Below, piece by piece: positions 1-14,100 of a DNA stretch of 64,000 bases. The translations under genes and the position numbers were made by a program. Numbering within the stretch: the stretch's first letter is position 1; every line of letters starts with the position of its first letter. Below the pieces are notes generated by a model. That model was not told the DNA's origin and ran no database searches. It was given only the letters and a program-made list of their open reading frames with translations. The stretch spans positions 1-64,000 of the forward strand of contig JALMLS010000568.1 of assembly GCA_038496445.1 (NCBI GenBank), given 5' to 3'. The stretch is from Trichosphaerium sp. ATCC 40318. Its lineage: Eukaryota > Protista > Tubulinea.

Positions 1-1924
1 CTTTTTGCCCCAAGTTAAACAGTAAACTAGGTGTACTTTAAGATGGAAGTCAATTCGGTTGGTTGATCTATCTTGACGACCAACAGCTTCATGATTTACT
101 AAATTACAGTGATATCGAACCTACAGTACGAAATGCGTATAGCTATGGTATCAGATCAAGTATGGAGGTATTTGGGTGGTTTTACCATGTGTTCTTTGAA
201 TTTTAGCAACTTTACTGCTCAGCTTGTTCTTATCTTTCATGTTTAGAGACGACGTCAAACATTTAAAAAGTTGAGTTTTACGGAGTAACGTTGAACGAGT
301 TTGTAAGCCCTGCTGATATGACAAAAGACTATAATCCAAATGAATTCAAACGTCTAACTCATACGACGAGGTACAGCATAGAATCAAACTCAAAACAACT
401 TTCTGACAACATAATTAGGTTTCAAATGCGTTACACAAATAGCAGAAAATCCACAAGTGTACGAAACAAACCACTCCTATCAAAACAGAGATCAAGTTTC
501 TTACCTCCTATCTTATCAGAAACAAGTCAATTTTAGCAACGCCCTTGATTCCTCTATAGACTCAGATCCATCTACAACAACAGATCATGGTTATAGCAGC
601 CTCAATTCTTCTCAGGACGATACAGAAGAAAGAGCAGTTGAACCTGATCATATGAGTATCCATTACCAACTTTGGCATACGACACAAGGACTTTGCTTCC
701 AAATGATACAGGGAATATAGATATTTCAAACGAGACTGTAAACTATCGAGATTGGTAGCTTCTTGTTAAAACAATAAATTATTATAAGTCATTTTCTAAG
801 CCTTTCGCTTTGTTTGAAGTTGCTACTAGAGCTTTGGCGGTTTAGTAACATTAGGTTTGATTGAATTTGGTAAGGGGGTATAGGGTGTTCAAGTTGGTTG
901 GGTTTGTGGGTGTTGATAGCCATAGTTTAATTGTGTTAATGCGTCTTCTGTTGAGGTCAATGTTGAACTTCGGTCTCACGAATTCAAACGCCTGAAATGG
1001 TGACATATTCATCCACAAAATTCTATATTGGGCTTCCGTCATAGAATTCCAAAACCCGATCTCATACTCACAACAATGGTGACAGAAAATAGTTCTCGTA
1101 TCTACCCCTAACGCTCTTGAAACGTGTACAAATCGTCGAATTTGGCTCTCGCACTCAAAGCCCATACAGAGGCGGGTGTTAATCGACATTTAAAAAATTG
1201 TGTGGACCATAATGGCAAAAGAACCTCAGGCAAATATGCGAAGAACTATAGTTAACAAGTAGTTAGAACTAAATATGGAACATTTAACAATCCCAGCTCC
1301 CATATATAATAGCCCTAATCAAGACCAAAATCTCGCAGTCAAAGCTTTTACGAAGAAGTAGCAGTCAACAAACGATAATAAAACTACCAACTTTTTTTTT
1401 TTCAAATAGCGCTGTTTGTTGCCTTGTTGAAATAAAAAAGAGAAAAGGGCGTTACAATAGGTTTTAGAGGCTTTCAAAAAGGAAATTCGCCTACTAAAAA
1501 CAAGCCTCGTACTACTTCGTTCCTACTTGGGCACTACACTAGGTATAAACCACTTGAGTTTTGGTACAGCGAAATAGACACATTTCCATTTCAAAGCCGA
1601 AAATTCCACTTCGTTTCAAAGTATTTTGTTAGCAAATGGCCATTGAGATTATAGTTATGCTATTTTTTGTGTAATTAAGCTTTTTTGGAGTGTGGACAGC
1701 TTATAGAGTTCAAACTTATAGGTGTAATCCTCTTTAAAATGGATGTATCAGCATCTAGAGGTTAATACATGGTTCCGCAGGTAGTTAGTTTCGCAAAAGG
1801 TTAAAGGAATATTCACCAAATAGGGTTTTTCAAGCAAAACCGGAATTTTGCCAAAAAACGGAACTAACAAAACCAAAATAATCCAACACACGTCTCTCAA
1901 TGTTTTAATCGTCTTACTAGTAGT

Positions 1925-2180
1925 CTTATGTCTAGTTCTACCTACCGATTATTCCCCGCTATTACGAGCCACTTTCGTAGCGCTCAGACGACGAGAAAAC
2001 GATCGTAATAAGCCTGAGCTCAAGACGACCAAGGAAATAAGAATACCAAGATATGGCGTTAGAGGAAATGAAGTTAGTTAAGCACCTCTCGCGTAGGTCG
2101 GCCACCATACTGTTGCAAGTGCAGACCCAGACTTCGATGGTTTTAGAAACAGACGCATTTAACTTTGGTTTTAAGGCTCC
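1925..2180 (+). mobile_element. Possible decayed retroelement (DIRS/Ty3-type) RT-RNase H junction fragment
   Basis: Frameshifted translation EIRIP-MALEEMK...VLETDAFNFGFKA resembles the retrotransposon RNase H start motif (hxTDASxxGWGA). Short and degenerate. Confidence 0.25.
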
Positions 2181-3685
2181 GGAAGATACTGCGTCAACCA
2201 ACAATCGAGGCAACCGTGACGGTGGAAAAAAAAGGGTTGGTGCAAGCTCAATGAATGGAAGAAAATCAAAATATTGGTATCCATAATTGCAAATAAAGAC
2301 TGTATTCGTTCTTTATGTGCACGAGCTAACACTAGTTCATCCATAAAAAAAAAAATCAAATAAATCACATTTGCCTTTTCTTGATATACTTGAGTTAGTT
2401 TAAAATGGTTTTCTTGTAAGCCGTCGATAACGTAAATAGGCTAGCTTAAAAATATTTATTCTTGTAATGTGTCTTTAATGTCACCAAGTGCTTTGTGGTA
2501 CATCACTCAAATTCCTGTCGAGAAATACTTCCTTTTAAACTTGCACATTTACCTTTTGCGAGATGAGCCTTCGTATCAATGAAGAACAAATCTAGCCGCT
2601 AGCACAAACAAATTTTGTGAATATTCAGGTAACAGTGTTTGCACATGCCATAAAAGACAACTGGAACTTCCTAAATCTAAATCGACTCAAATTCCACAGT
2701 TGGAAACAAAGGTACTACTCTAATCACGTTATATCAGGATAATAACACACACTAAGAAATTGCAAATACAAAATGTCTCGGATGTATAGACCATCACTAG
2801 CTCTCACCAAGGCACTGGAGACGCCAAACAAGTGGATTGCCACGCTTTAGGAAACGCAAAGGGACGAAGAAGCTAAAATGATTTGACTTCAAAGATAATT
2901 CTGACCTTAACTTGAAGCGAATAACTCCACGTTTGTACTGATGTACATAGGAGACCTAGTGAACCTCGTATGTAAATGTTTAGTTATTGGTTGTAATAAA
3001 CTCAATTTACAGTACGCGGTGGCATGAGTAGGCTAAGAAAACATGAATAAAAAAGATTTTGACGATCTTCACAATGAACGCTTTCGGGAACAATATTCAC
3101 ACTTGAAGAAATTCTTTTCATTGCCACAGTAGCACCATTAACTGTGTTAACATTCTATTACATTACCCAACTCATTTTCCCATTCATCTGTAATCGCTGA
3201 TGGCAAGTATACGCCACCAAGATTCTCGCTTGCAATGAGAAGGTTACCTTTAACAAAACTAATCGAAATCAGAAGTTGGCTAATCACAAAACACATTAAA
3301 AAATACAAAGTTGTTCTCGTACAATGAAAACAGTTTATTAAAACAAGTGGCACCTTTATCTATATTAATAGTATAGCTACTCAAAAAACAAGTACCTGGT
3401 GAGATAAGCGCTGTTATTAAGCTTACATGATAAAACCGATATACACTTTATCAACGGCTAACAATTTTATTGTAGTAAAAAACACACAAGAAATGTATGG
3501 ATACTTCGTGTTACCTCGTTCAGCAATTCGTATATTACTACGTACTTTAATGAGTTGTATATTTCTCCCAAAGTCTTCAGTACGTCATGCGTACAATAGA
3601 CTAAAAAACAACAAACACGAAAAAAATAAGAAACAGCATTCCCAAACAAAAATAGGAATACCTATTAAGTTTTTTGGTTTATGGT

Positions 3686-4126
3686 TTATTTTTGAGTTTC
3701 TTTCTTATACACTGTTTTAGGCGCTAAGTGCCTCAGTCTTCGGAAAGCTCGGCCAGACTTTCGTTTGGCTGCCTTATAGGACTTTTTCATTTTAGTTTTA
3801 AGTCCGCCCTTTGACTTGTGATGATCGAAACTGCATGATAATACAGCCTTCGGAGAATCTACCATAGAGAAATTCTCCGAGTCGATCATCACAATTTTAT
3901 TGTCAGTAGGGGGAGGAGTCGGTTTAGGACTCGGAGTCGGTTGAGGACTCGGGGTAGTTGGGGCCGTCATACAAGTATGAGGCCTAGCAGGAGGAGGAGG
4001 GTTTAGGCCTGATATAGCAGTAAATGCTAATATCATCCAGCATGCGACAAACAGGATTGTCAGCACGAGAGCAAAGGGGTCAGCGATTAAGCTGAGAGCG
4101 CACAAATAAATGTGTGCAGTAATCAT
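3686..4126 (-). CDS. Hypothetical membrane protein with hydrophobic N-terminus, Pro/Thr-rich linker and basic tail
   Basis: 146-aa ATG-initiated intronless ORF with a hydrophobic stretch (FALVLTILFVACWMILAFTAI), PTPSP repeats and a Lys/Arg-rich C-terminus. Confidence 0.45.
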   Translation of the reverse strand: MITAHIYLCALSLIADPFALVLTILFVACWMILAFTAISGLNPPPPARPHTCMTAPTTPSPQPTPSPKPTPPPTDNKIVMIDSENFSMVDSPKAVLSCSFDHHKSKGGLKTKMKKSYKAAKRKSGRAFRRLRHLAPKTVYKKETQK

Positions 4127-6063
4127 TTTGTGATAGTACTAAAAAAGAAAATCGTTTAAGAACACGAGATTTATTGAAAAAAATAAATTATGGTTACAAT
4201 GTTGTAGCCGCTCAAACTGCAGCAGACGCGTTCCCAGACCGTTGTGAACAAGTGTGTGGACTTTCAGCGCGATTTGTGGATGGGTCATTATCACCGAAGC
4301 GGTGCACTTTTTGTTGCAAATTAGAAAACAAATGCTACCACACGGTTCAGCACAACATTTGCAGCATTTTGTTGTTCAAAAGTTGCATTTGGTTGTTCGA
4401 AAGAGGGTTGTTATCCGAAATTCGAATCCGATTCTCTACTTTATCACTTCGCCGAAAAGCCCTAAAGGTGTGCGAAATGAGCATTACATACACTAGCTAC
4501 AACGGTTGTATACTTACCGGTTCAATTCCAGACAGAAGTGCAAAAACTAATTAAAAACAGATCCTTCAGCGTCCCAGAGCTGTCAATAGTGATAGAACCA
4601 TTGTAATGGCGCCAGATTTCACCAGCAACAACATCACAACGGTTAGTAAGTTTCAGGTTGAAGAGTTTAAACTACACGTAGCAACGAGCCAGAGACCATC
4701 TGATAGTTTATCGTTTGTTTCCAGCTGAAATTTGTAGGGCCAAGCGAAACATGCTCTAGATGCAGTTAAAGTCTGTGTATCTCACTGGCGCCAAAAGATA
4801 CTGTTTCAAGGTGCATGGTATTGTATCCCGTATCTGGCATACGTTGATAATACTTACGGTGAATACAAGCTGAGGTCTGCTGCTGAAAGAAACCAAGCTG
4901 GGTTAGAATTGCTTTGAAAATCTGAGAAACTTGTTCAAAACACCGGAAGTCTACCGCATCCGCGCTAATAACAACAAACAAACTTCTGAGTAGCGGCTCG
5001 GTGATGATTTGTTGTCTACTTCGTATCTAGCGACATTCAACCACTGAGCCACAATCCATGTGTTCATCGGGGCTGTATTACAAGGGAACCTTGTTTTAGA
5101 CCCAATCTGAAACTATTGAATCATTAAAATCCAGTTTTACGATGTATACCATTGCGTCAATCATGAGACCAAGTACGAGCGTTCAAACTCTAACTCTTCT
5201 GATTTTTTTTCAAACAGGCTCTTATTTACTTTCTACAGATATACTTTCTAAGCGCACGCATTCTACAAGATTATTCATAAATTGTTCTACAAAACGTAAC
5301 TGACTACGCGCAGGACCAAAAAGAGGGAAGAAGCTACGTAGGATTCGCAAATTACTGCCAAGCGACCTAATAGCTTGTACTGTAGTCTTGAACTGAAGAA
5401 AACGTAATTTTAGGGGTTTTGTTTGGTCTATGTTTGAACGATGACCAACACGGTTTTTCTAAAGATGACGGGATTCCTGAAGATATTGACGCTTGTAGAA
5501 CCGATTGATTTCTATGATGTGATTATTGATCAATAATGCTCCGTCAACGAAGGCCTCGGTCGTTAAACAACCTAGTAATAAAAACCGCGTACTCTTTTTT
5601 TCAAAGGCAATAAAAATCTTCTAATTTTGGTGACGTTTGTATGTATCTTTAACTTGCAATTGATCCATTATAGCGAACGTGCGCGTATTAATGGCCTTTG
5701 GGGTTTTTTGTTCCAAATTTTTATTTCCCATTTTCAGATTTTTTTGATCAAGGCTCCTACTGGTTATAGTTCATACGCACTCATCAACTACGCTGTAATT
5801 CACTCGCATCCCATGATGTACACATAGTAGGTATGCGTACTCTTCTGAGATTCGCTTCCTAAAGTAGTGTCTGTTTAACCAATCGCGTCCAACTATGTTT
5901 CTTGGGTTATAAGTACATCTGCAAGAGCGTGATACTGATCACTTACAATAATCATTCTTCAACAATAAGACGCTCTTTTACCGCTTGTATTACAAGCAAA
6001 TCAAAATTAGTTGTTCACGTAATACAAAACTAGTGCACGTGGGATTAGAAAACTTTTTTTTAA

Positions 6064-8315
6064 TTACACTCTTTTGACAATCTGAACGATATCTTCATCC
6101 ATTAGAACATGTCCAAGACCTACTTTTTGAGGGACATGTTTTGCTGACTCTCCCCAAACAAGTGCGCTAAAAGAAGGAAAAAAATAAGAATAAGAATAAC
6201 CAAAGAAAGAAAAGAGAAAAACATAGAATGAGTTGTAGTTTCGATGTTACTGTTTGTACGCATGATGCGTGTGTAGTTATAGCGTGTGAATAAGCTGCAA
6301 GAGCAATTTAAAGCAGTACAACTAATTTTAAAGCCAAAAAACGGAAAATAACAAAAAAAAAGAAAACGTACTATTTGAAATCATTCAAAAGAGTTTTGTG
6401 AATCTTGGTACAGAAGTCCTCAACACTTGCGTCCTTCTTTAAAATAACAGGATCAGAGTAATCTGGGATAGTTCCCTTTGGTTTTGTGTAGCTATTAAGG
6501 AAAGTCAACGCATAATAAAAACAGTAACGGAAAAATTCTTTTTCAAAAGCAATTAACTAAATTGAGTTTCTGTTTGCATTTTTCTCGTTTTTACGCTAGA
6601 TTACGTCGCAACTATACAGCCTCTGCAACACAAGGGATGCGTTTTATGGACATTTTGCGATAAAAATTTTAATGAGGATGTTGACGTACATGCGAATCAA
6701 GTCCAAGTAATCCCATATTTTTTGGAGCAAAGCGTCAAAATTCCACATGTTATAAGCAGATATTGGTACACAATGTGGTAATTTATAACAAATATCAAGC
6801 TCTTCAATAGTGATTTGATCGATTTTGTTTAGTACATAGATAGCAGGTATGTAACGCCTAAAAAGAAAAAATAAATAAAAAACAAAAAAAAATGCGAGTT
6901 TGAGGCTCCACGAGCATATAAAAACTAATTATCCCTCGTGGTTACTTTCCGTTTTATGATTTTGTTTAAAAGTACTAAAAGAATGCGTACCTGTTGCCTT
7001 CGATGACATCAATCAAGTCATCAACTGTACAATCCTCAGCAATCCTTACATCTGCGCAATGTATCTTGTATTCAGCGCAAACACTCTTCACAATTTCTTG
7101 GTCCAAGTGCGTTGGCGTTTCACCGCTTTTAAGCTTAATAAAAATAAGAAACTCAAACTTTTTGTAAAAAAAACGATTTTTACCCTGTAGGAGAATTGAA
7201 CACCACCCTTATCAGTTCTTGTGAATTTTATACGCTTCTCACGACCATTTAGACGAATACCCATACCTTCTACTTCTTTCTAAAACACATGTTAATTTTT
7301 TTCTTTTTTTGTTTGAGTTAAAACAATCGTTTGAATTTCTCTTCCGTTCTACAACAGAATCTGTTTCTTTTCGGAAAAAAATACGCAAATGCCTTCATTG
7401 ATTATACAATAACAAAGTGACACGTATAATCTGCAACTTCCCGCGAACAAGAACTGAAAAAAAAATGGTTTTTGAAAAGTTGTTTTTCTTTTCGGAAGTG
7501 TCAAGTTTTATTCGGTGGTGTATTAGCTTCCAAACGTACCTCAATGATTCTCTTGTGGCCCAAAGGCTTTAAAATATCCAAACATATCAAGATAACATCA
7601 CATGAGCGTCCTACAGCAATAACCTGTCGACCACGACCTTTACCATCGTTGGCTCCTTCAATAATACCTGTACAGTCGTGAGATAACGTTTTCGCGTATA
7701 CCACAGGGTTTTTGGTTTGTTAGGAGCGATTTACGAACCTGGAAGATCCAAAACTTGAAGTTTTGCTCCCTTGTATCTTAATACACCTGGAACTGTCTTG
7801 AGTGTTGTAAACTCGTATTCGGCGGATACAGAGTAAGTGCCAGTAAGTCTCGTCAAAAGAGTTGATTTTCCAACCGAAGGGAAGCCAATCATGCCTGTAT
7901 TAATTAATACGCGGCTGTGTTGTTAAAAAGGGAGTAAAGCGATAGCAAATGGGCAACGAGGGCAATTGTTCACTTTCTTTTCTCAAGTATTACGATTATA
8001 ACTTTGTGACATACCTATACGTGCGTCGCCAGTCTTAGAAACGTCGAAACCTCAAAAAATGTTAATTTGATGATTTTCACAAATTGAAGAGTGTTTGACG
8101 TACCTTCGCCCTTTCCGCCACCGCCTCCTTTTGGTGCGATGAGTTCTCGTTTTAATTGAGCTACTCTAGCTTTTAAACGACATAAATGACTCATGGTGGC
8201 CTTGTTTTTTTGAGTCCTGCCAATCTACGGTATTGTTAACCATTTTCTCTCTTTTGTAAACTCTGTTTACCTCATCTTCCAAGTCCTTAATTTTGGCTCT
8301 CACAGCGTCAGACAT
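6064..8315 (-). CDS. DRG1: Developmentally regulated GTP-binding protein 1 (DRG1/Rbg1, OBG family), multi-exon
   Basis: Spliced translation [15 protein letters not shown]...[71 protein letters not shown] and TGS end [15 protein letters not shown]; GT-AG introns. Confidence 0.95.
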
Positions 8316-8629
8316 GATAACAGTGTTTGTAAAATACGGTACAAACCGAAACTGCGACTTAAAACCAAGATTTTGTAGTGTTTAAGTGTGAAGTAAAAAA
8401 CGCTACAATGCAGTTTCGCGTGGAGCATCTACTCTAAATTCAATACTAATTATGTACTTGACAGTTTTTGTTTCACACAGTCGCATGTACTATTTAAATA
8501 CGTTGTCGTCTTTCTTTTCTGAAAAGAGGAGGTTGTCGAGAAGTTGATTCACGTATTTGATTTCATGTTGGCGATTATTTTTGCGAAAATCGTCAAACTT
8601 AGATAAACAAAATAACACATTAATAAATA

Positions 8630-9573
8630 ATGGCAACTACACTGACAACATTTAAACAAGAGTTTAATGGTACTCTTATGGTATGTTACAACACTGCACA
8701 GTCAAATTTGCACGTTGACTGTTAAAGTAGGATCCTGTTCAAAGAGAATGGACTATACGCAATAAGAAGGAGTTTAAAGAGTTCCAAGTGCGTACTTTAT
8801 CTAATACTCTAACTAAACCTTAATCAAGGCTTCTATGACGCGCACACGGCCAAAGTTCGTACCTAGAGCAAAGAAAATTGCTGGTTGGGTTCCAAACACA
8901 GAAACACTATTCGCAGATCCTCCAAAGTTCGACTGGGACAAAGTCATGCTTATCGTATGTACAGCTAAGGGAGTTTCAAAAATAGCACAAACAATTAGAA
9001 AACGCGTCAAACAGCCCGAAACAAGCTCCGTTACGCTTAATTTTATTCCCCATCGCGTATTCTATTGGTAATTACCTCTCTAAGGATCTTAGGCGTATGC
9101 TGGAGCAAAAATCGATAAAATTGCCATTCAAAGCGGTGTAGCAAAAGTATCTGGAACGTACACTCCACAAGATAACAAGTATCATGCCGTTGTAGTGAAA
9201 TCAAAGGCAATTTCTAAGGTTGAATTCTCTTCAAGCGGACGGTAGGGTCATTATTGTCTTACTTGACTAGTCTTTTCTTTGGTTGAAACTAAATTGGTAT
9301 AGGCGTTCTATTCATTCAAGACCGCGACAATCGAAAGGAGGACGTGCTCCAGTTAGGAGACCTATATCACAAGAACCTGCTATGGATATGGGACCTATAT
9401 CTCAAAGGTGTACTGATGATGGTCCTGAGTTTATGCAAATGGAGAGTGATTGTCCTATGATTGAACAAAGGTGTACTGACGATGGCCCTGAGTTTATGCA
9501 AATGGAAAATGACGGTCCTATGATGGAACAAATGTGTGCTGGTGGCCCAGAGATCATGCAAGTTCCACAATAG
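8630..9573 (+). CDS. Hypothetical 4-exon protein with a possible PrcB-C-like domain and C-terminal 21-aa tandem repeats
   Basis: Spliced MATTLTTFKQEFNGTLM|DPVQREW...PPKFDWDKVMLI|AYAGAKIDK...YHAVVVKSK...|RRSIHS...; head-to-head with DRG1. Confidence 0.7.
9403..9570 (+). repeat. 63-nt coding tandem repeat (QRCTDDGPEFMQMExDxPMxE x2 plus a partial copy)
   Basis: caaaggtgtactgaYgatggYcctgagtttatgcaaatgga occurs twice 63 nt apart, followed by a degenerate third copy. Confidence 0.9.
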
Positions 9574-9953
9574 TGAGCAAGGCGGTGTTTTGTAATATAT
9601 AAAACAGTATTCTGTTAACAATTGATATGTGCGCTCTCTAACGCATACTGTTTTTCTTCATGAGTTGCGAAAGCCAAAACAACTTAGCAAACCCTATCAT
9701 TTATCTGAAAGCAAATACCATAGTAAACGTTAGTTCACTGGTTCGCTAATTTATGGATAGCAACTAGTGAAAAACTAGAAAAAAAAAAGCGGGTACCTTT
9801 TGTACACTTTTGGCTCTCGATTGGAAAGTTCCACTAGTATTCATTCTGTGAAAAAGTTACAAAACTGCACAATTTAAACATATGTGTAGGTGTGGCCCTT
9901 TAACTAAATTGAAATATAAGAAAGTTGCAAGATTGCTTCGTGTTATACCTTGA

Positions 9954-10210
9954 GTGACAGATAAAAGTGTTAGAGCGTTAACTGGTGTCCATACAATAAA
10001 TTTGGCTCGTACTAAAGTGACAGATGAAGGTGTTAAAGCATTAGCTGGAGGTCATATGATCGATTTAATCAGTACTGAAGTTACCGATGAAGGTGAATCA
10101 CTGGTGTTCATACACTGAACCTAGAATCATGTAGGGGCATTATCAGATCATGCATGACAATGCTTGCTAATGTGGACACTTTAAATATGTCAGATCTATG
10201 CATCAGATGA
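9954..10210 (+). pseudogene. LRR remnant of the local GVHTI-type F-box/LRR family
   Basis: VTDKSVRALTGVHTINLARTKVTDEGVKALAGGHMIDL... bounded by stops, with a frameshift near 10098. Confidence 0.8.
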
Positions 10211-11167
10211 TTGGCTTATTCTACTTTCTGGAAAGGAGTTTGCATCATTAATAAGTATACAACATACAGTTCAGCAGTATTCGGGTTTTAAGAACATATA
10301 GATGAACTAACAGGAAGAGGCGTTAGAAGGATTTGGAGGCCGTAGTTAAAAATGAAGAAAAACTGTTTGGATATTACTTACATTATATTCCTGTTCTCCC
10401 AACTCTTGTACAGTTGTTGAAACAAGTGGCCATACTGGGGCCCATGGTGTGTACTAGGCGCAACACTCAACGTATCTAACTATATAATTACCTGTTAGAT
10501 AATGATAAGAACAATTGATATTCAAGAGTTGTGTTGTTAGGATAACACGTGTTAAACACTCGATTTCGAGTGACTGACTCAAAAAATATGTATTGACCTA
10601 GTTTATTTGTTTATCCTACCAAGTTGTTAAGTGATAGAAACGAAGTAGAAATTCATTTTGAACCAATGATTTCTGTCGCCGAGATTTTCGTTTTGCGGCT
10701 TCAGCGAGTGGGTCCTGTTGCTAAAACGTAAAGTAAAATAGCGTATTTCGTCGTTTTGGCTATACCATGAGAGTAGATGGGATCTTGGAACTTATCAGGA
10801 ACCAACACCTAAAAGAGAAAATTGTCTTAATTTGGCTATTGAGCCTTTTTAAATTTTATAAGCTTATACGTGGCACGTGGTATAAAAGTCTCCAACTCTT
10901 TGTGAGACTATTAAAAATGTGTTACATGACGCGAGTTCTGGCATTTTTCACTTTTTTTTTTTGATCAATCCTAAAATGACTTAATCTTACACTTAATCAA
11001 ATAACTCGAGTTGTTGAGTAGAGAAAAACCTTTCAATTAGCGTATCATTACTAACATCATAGTATACAACGCTGTGGTACGTTTTTACTATCGTGTCAAC
11101 TTTTTTACACTTGCGAACTTGAGAAAGTGAGTAATTTTGCTTTAGAACATTCGAAAGGACAACACAG

Positions 11168-14100
11168 ATGGAGGTTAACGTATCTGACCCATCAACACCG
11201 CCAAATGTTGAAGATAAAACAGACATTTTCACACTCGATGAGCAACCAGAGAATGACGCTCCAATCAAGTCCAGCGAGCCAATTGACGTCGTCAACACAC
11301 TTGCAAAAACGTTAGAACCTGTTGTCGTAAACTCGTACAGAGAAGAAGCATTTGACAAGTGGAATGCTAGAGTACACGTCGAGAGGTCACTACAAGCTAC
11401 TAAACGCTCAAAACTATCCGAAAAGGTAAAATCTCGGACAAATACGCATAAATAAGCATAAAACCTTTTTTGAACGCATAGAAAAATACGTTATTATAGC
11501 GTTAACGCTAGGGAACAGGTCCCGAATGTCACTTCAACTAACACGTTTTTTTTTGTAGATTCCGCTCAAACTATCGAATAGAATACAAATACACATCCCT
11601 ACACCTCTGTTCGCAGCTGTTTCTGCATTATGGGAAGCGAACCCATCTAAACCTACCATCCCTGATTCAGCATCAATAGAGAGAGAAGGGTTAATTGTAA
11701 GTTGTTGTTTTTATTTTTTTTTTCTTGGGTTTTTTTAGTTTTTTGTTTTTTGCTTTTCGATCACAAGAAAAAGGTTGGTTTTGGTCTCGTACTCGAGTTA
11801 ATTGTTACACAAATAGGTTTGGCTTGATTTCTTAAAACTTATCTATCGTACACCTTCTGTAGACTCTATAAGCAAGTCTATCAGTACTGGTACTTTATAT
11901 GCTGATGATAGACTTTACTTAATGTACCTTGCTCTTCGTCACATGACCTTATTGTTGCGTGGTACGCTCTCTTTCTACTGTTTCGGACACTATAATTTCT
12001 CTCCACAAAATCACGTGTTTTTTCTACAACTAGTAATACGCCAAAAGTGATGTCACCCGCGTTTGGTTCTGTCGTTGTTTTACCGTCTAACATTGCATAG
12101 GTAATGATATTCATGCTGTAACAAAAGGTATGGAGGACCAGGAAGAAGTTTTAGAGGCGTACACTGTTGCTCGCTTGCAATTAGAAAGCAGCTACTTGAA
12201 AGAAGAAGTACCTGAGTATAGCGAACAGAGTGCACTTGTTAGTCTTGCATCAAAGAATGAAGCTGGTTTATTTGCAATATTTGGTGGTCAGGTATGCGTC
12301 TTTGTTGCATCGTTGTGTGTTCTTGTCATTAATCGTATACAGGGCGTTTCGTGGCTAGAAGAGCTATCTCAAATATATCACTCTTATGCTTTTGTACGAT
12401 CTACTATAGAGACAGCAATTAAGAAGTACAACACGGAAGCTGATGCCTATGATACAGAAAGGTATATATTTTTGTAGTCTTTCTGTCCGAGTATAATTTT
12501 TGATCTTCTGCCTAGGTCTACTACTGATGTACTAAATTGGATACGTAATCCTTCTGAGGCCCCTGAATCATTATTACAAGATCCTATGTTGAGTTATCCT
12601 ATGATTGCATTAACACAGCTTGCAAACGTTTATGTTACGCTTAACACGTGGAATATGCCACTAAAAGAAGTCTTCCCATTATTCAAAGGTGTAGCCGGAC
12701 ACAGCCAAGGCACGTTGTCAACCATGACCTACAAAAATAACGACCAATAATTCTAACCCTCTACAGGTATACTGGCAGCTGTTGCTTTTGCAGGAAGCTC
12801 AAACATGGAAGAGTTTGTCGCTAATATTTACGAAACTGTCCGATTATCTTTCTGGATTGGTCTTCGTACTCAACTATGCATGTCTCCAAAGATATCTCCT
12901 GAGAAGACAAATATTCTCGAAGAAAGCGCTAAAAACGGTGATGGCAAACCAACGCCTATGCTTGCAATCTTTCACCTTGATTACACTCTCGTTGCTCAAT
13001 ATGTAGCAAAAGTGAACCGGTATGTATTCTTTTTGTTAGCCATTGACTTAATGCAACTTAACTGTTTGACGTTCCTTTTAGAGCTGTCCTACAAAGGGAA
13101 AACAACCAAGAAGATAAAGAAATTCATTTACGTATTATAAACGGTCCACGTGCAGTTGTACGTGTTCTTTATTGTAAAACACGTGTTTATCACGTGATAT
13201 GTTTTCACTTTTTTGCTTTTTTTTATTGAGGAGTGTAGCCTTATCGTTTATTTTTAGGTTGTTGTTGGACATCCGGAGACTTTGTATTCTCTTACAGTTG
13301 CTTTACGTAAACGAGAAACTCCACGTTCTGCAAAACTCGACCAATCTCGTGTCCCTTTCTCTAAGAGGAAAAAAGAGTTCTCGTTAAAATACTTACCTAT
13401 CACAGTACCTTATCATTCTCCAAAGTTAAAGGTACGCTCACTGTTTATTCGACTAGCACTTTGATTAGTTTTTTCTGAACTTGCTTTTTTAGGCTTGCTT
13501 TCCGGAGATTATGAGTGATATTCAAGAAAGAAAGATCAAACAGTTTTCTGTTGATAGTCTTAATATACCTGTTTTAAGCACGTTAGACGGTAAACCAATC
13601 GGAAAGGAGAAGTTCATGGAGCACCTTCTTGACCTACAATTCGTATCAGAAATTGATTGGTCTAAGGCTTTGAGCTCTGCTGTACCAAGTTCTGGTGTTA
13701 CGCATATTATTGATTTTGGGCCTGGTAAAACTGCAGGTATAGGAAGTGTAACTGCACTCAACAAAGAAGGCTTTGGAGTTCAGGTAAGGTTTCCTTTCTT
13801 CTAAAGCAGTTCTTGAGTTTTTGTCTTTTTTCTTTACTCCTTCTCATTCGTTTCGTTTCAGGTTATACTAGCAGGTGCATTAGAAGTATTTTCACCTCTA
13901 GTACAAGATAAATCAGTGTTGTTCGATACACGTAAGGATAATATTCCTTTTGCTGTAAATTGGCAAAAAAAGTTTGGTCCAAAACTAGTACAACGAAAGC
14001 ACGATAAGAAAGTATTCCTTGATACGAAATTCTCAAGATTACTCGGTAAAGCACCAGTTATGGTGGCAGGAATGACACCAACTAGTGTAAACCACAACTT

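Noticed and set aside
1-1400. Short ORFs, including 851-1189 on the minus strand
   Set aside because: No recognisable motifs or consistent splice model; probably decayed or non-coding.
2900-3650. Possible spliced minus-strand gene fragments
   Set aside because: Splice-like signals are present but no coherent reading frame or family could be assigned.
4174-5150. Cys-containing ORF pieces and a ttcgaatcc B-box-like motif
   Set aside because: No tRNA cloverleaf, and the ORFs are interrupted with no identifiable domain.
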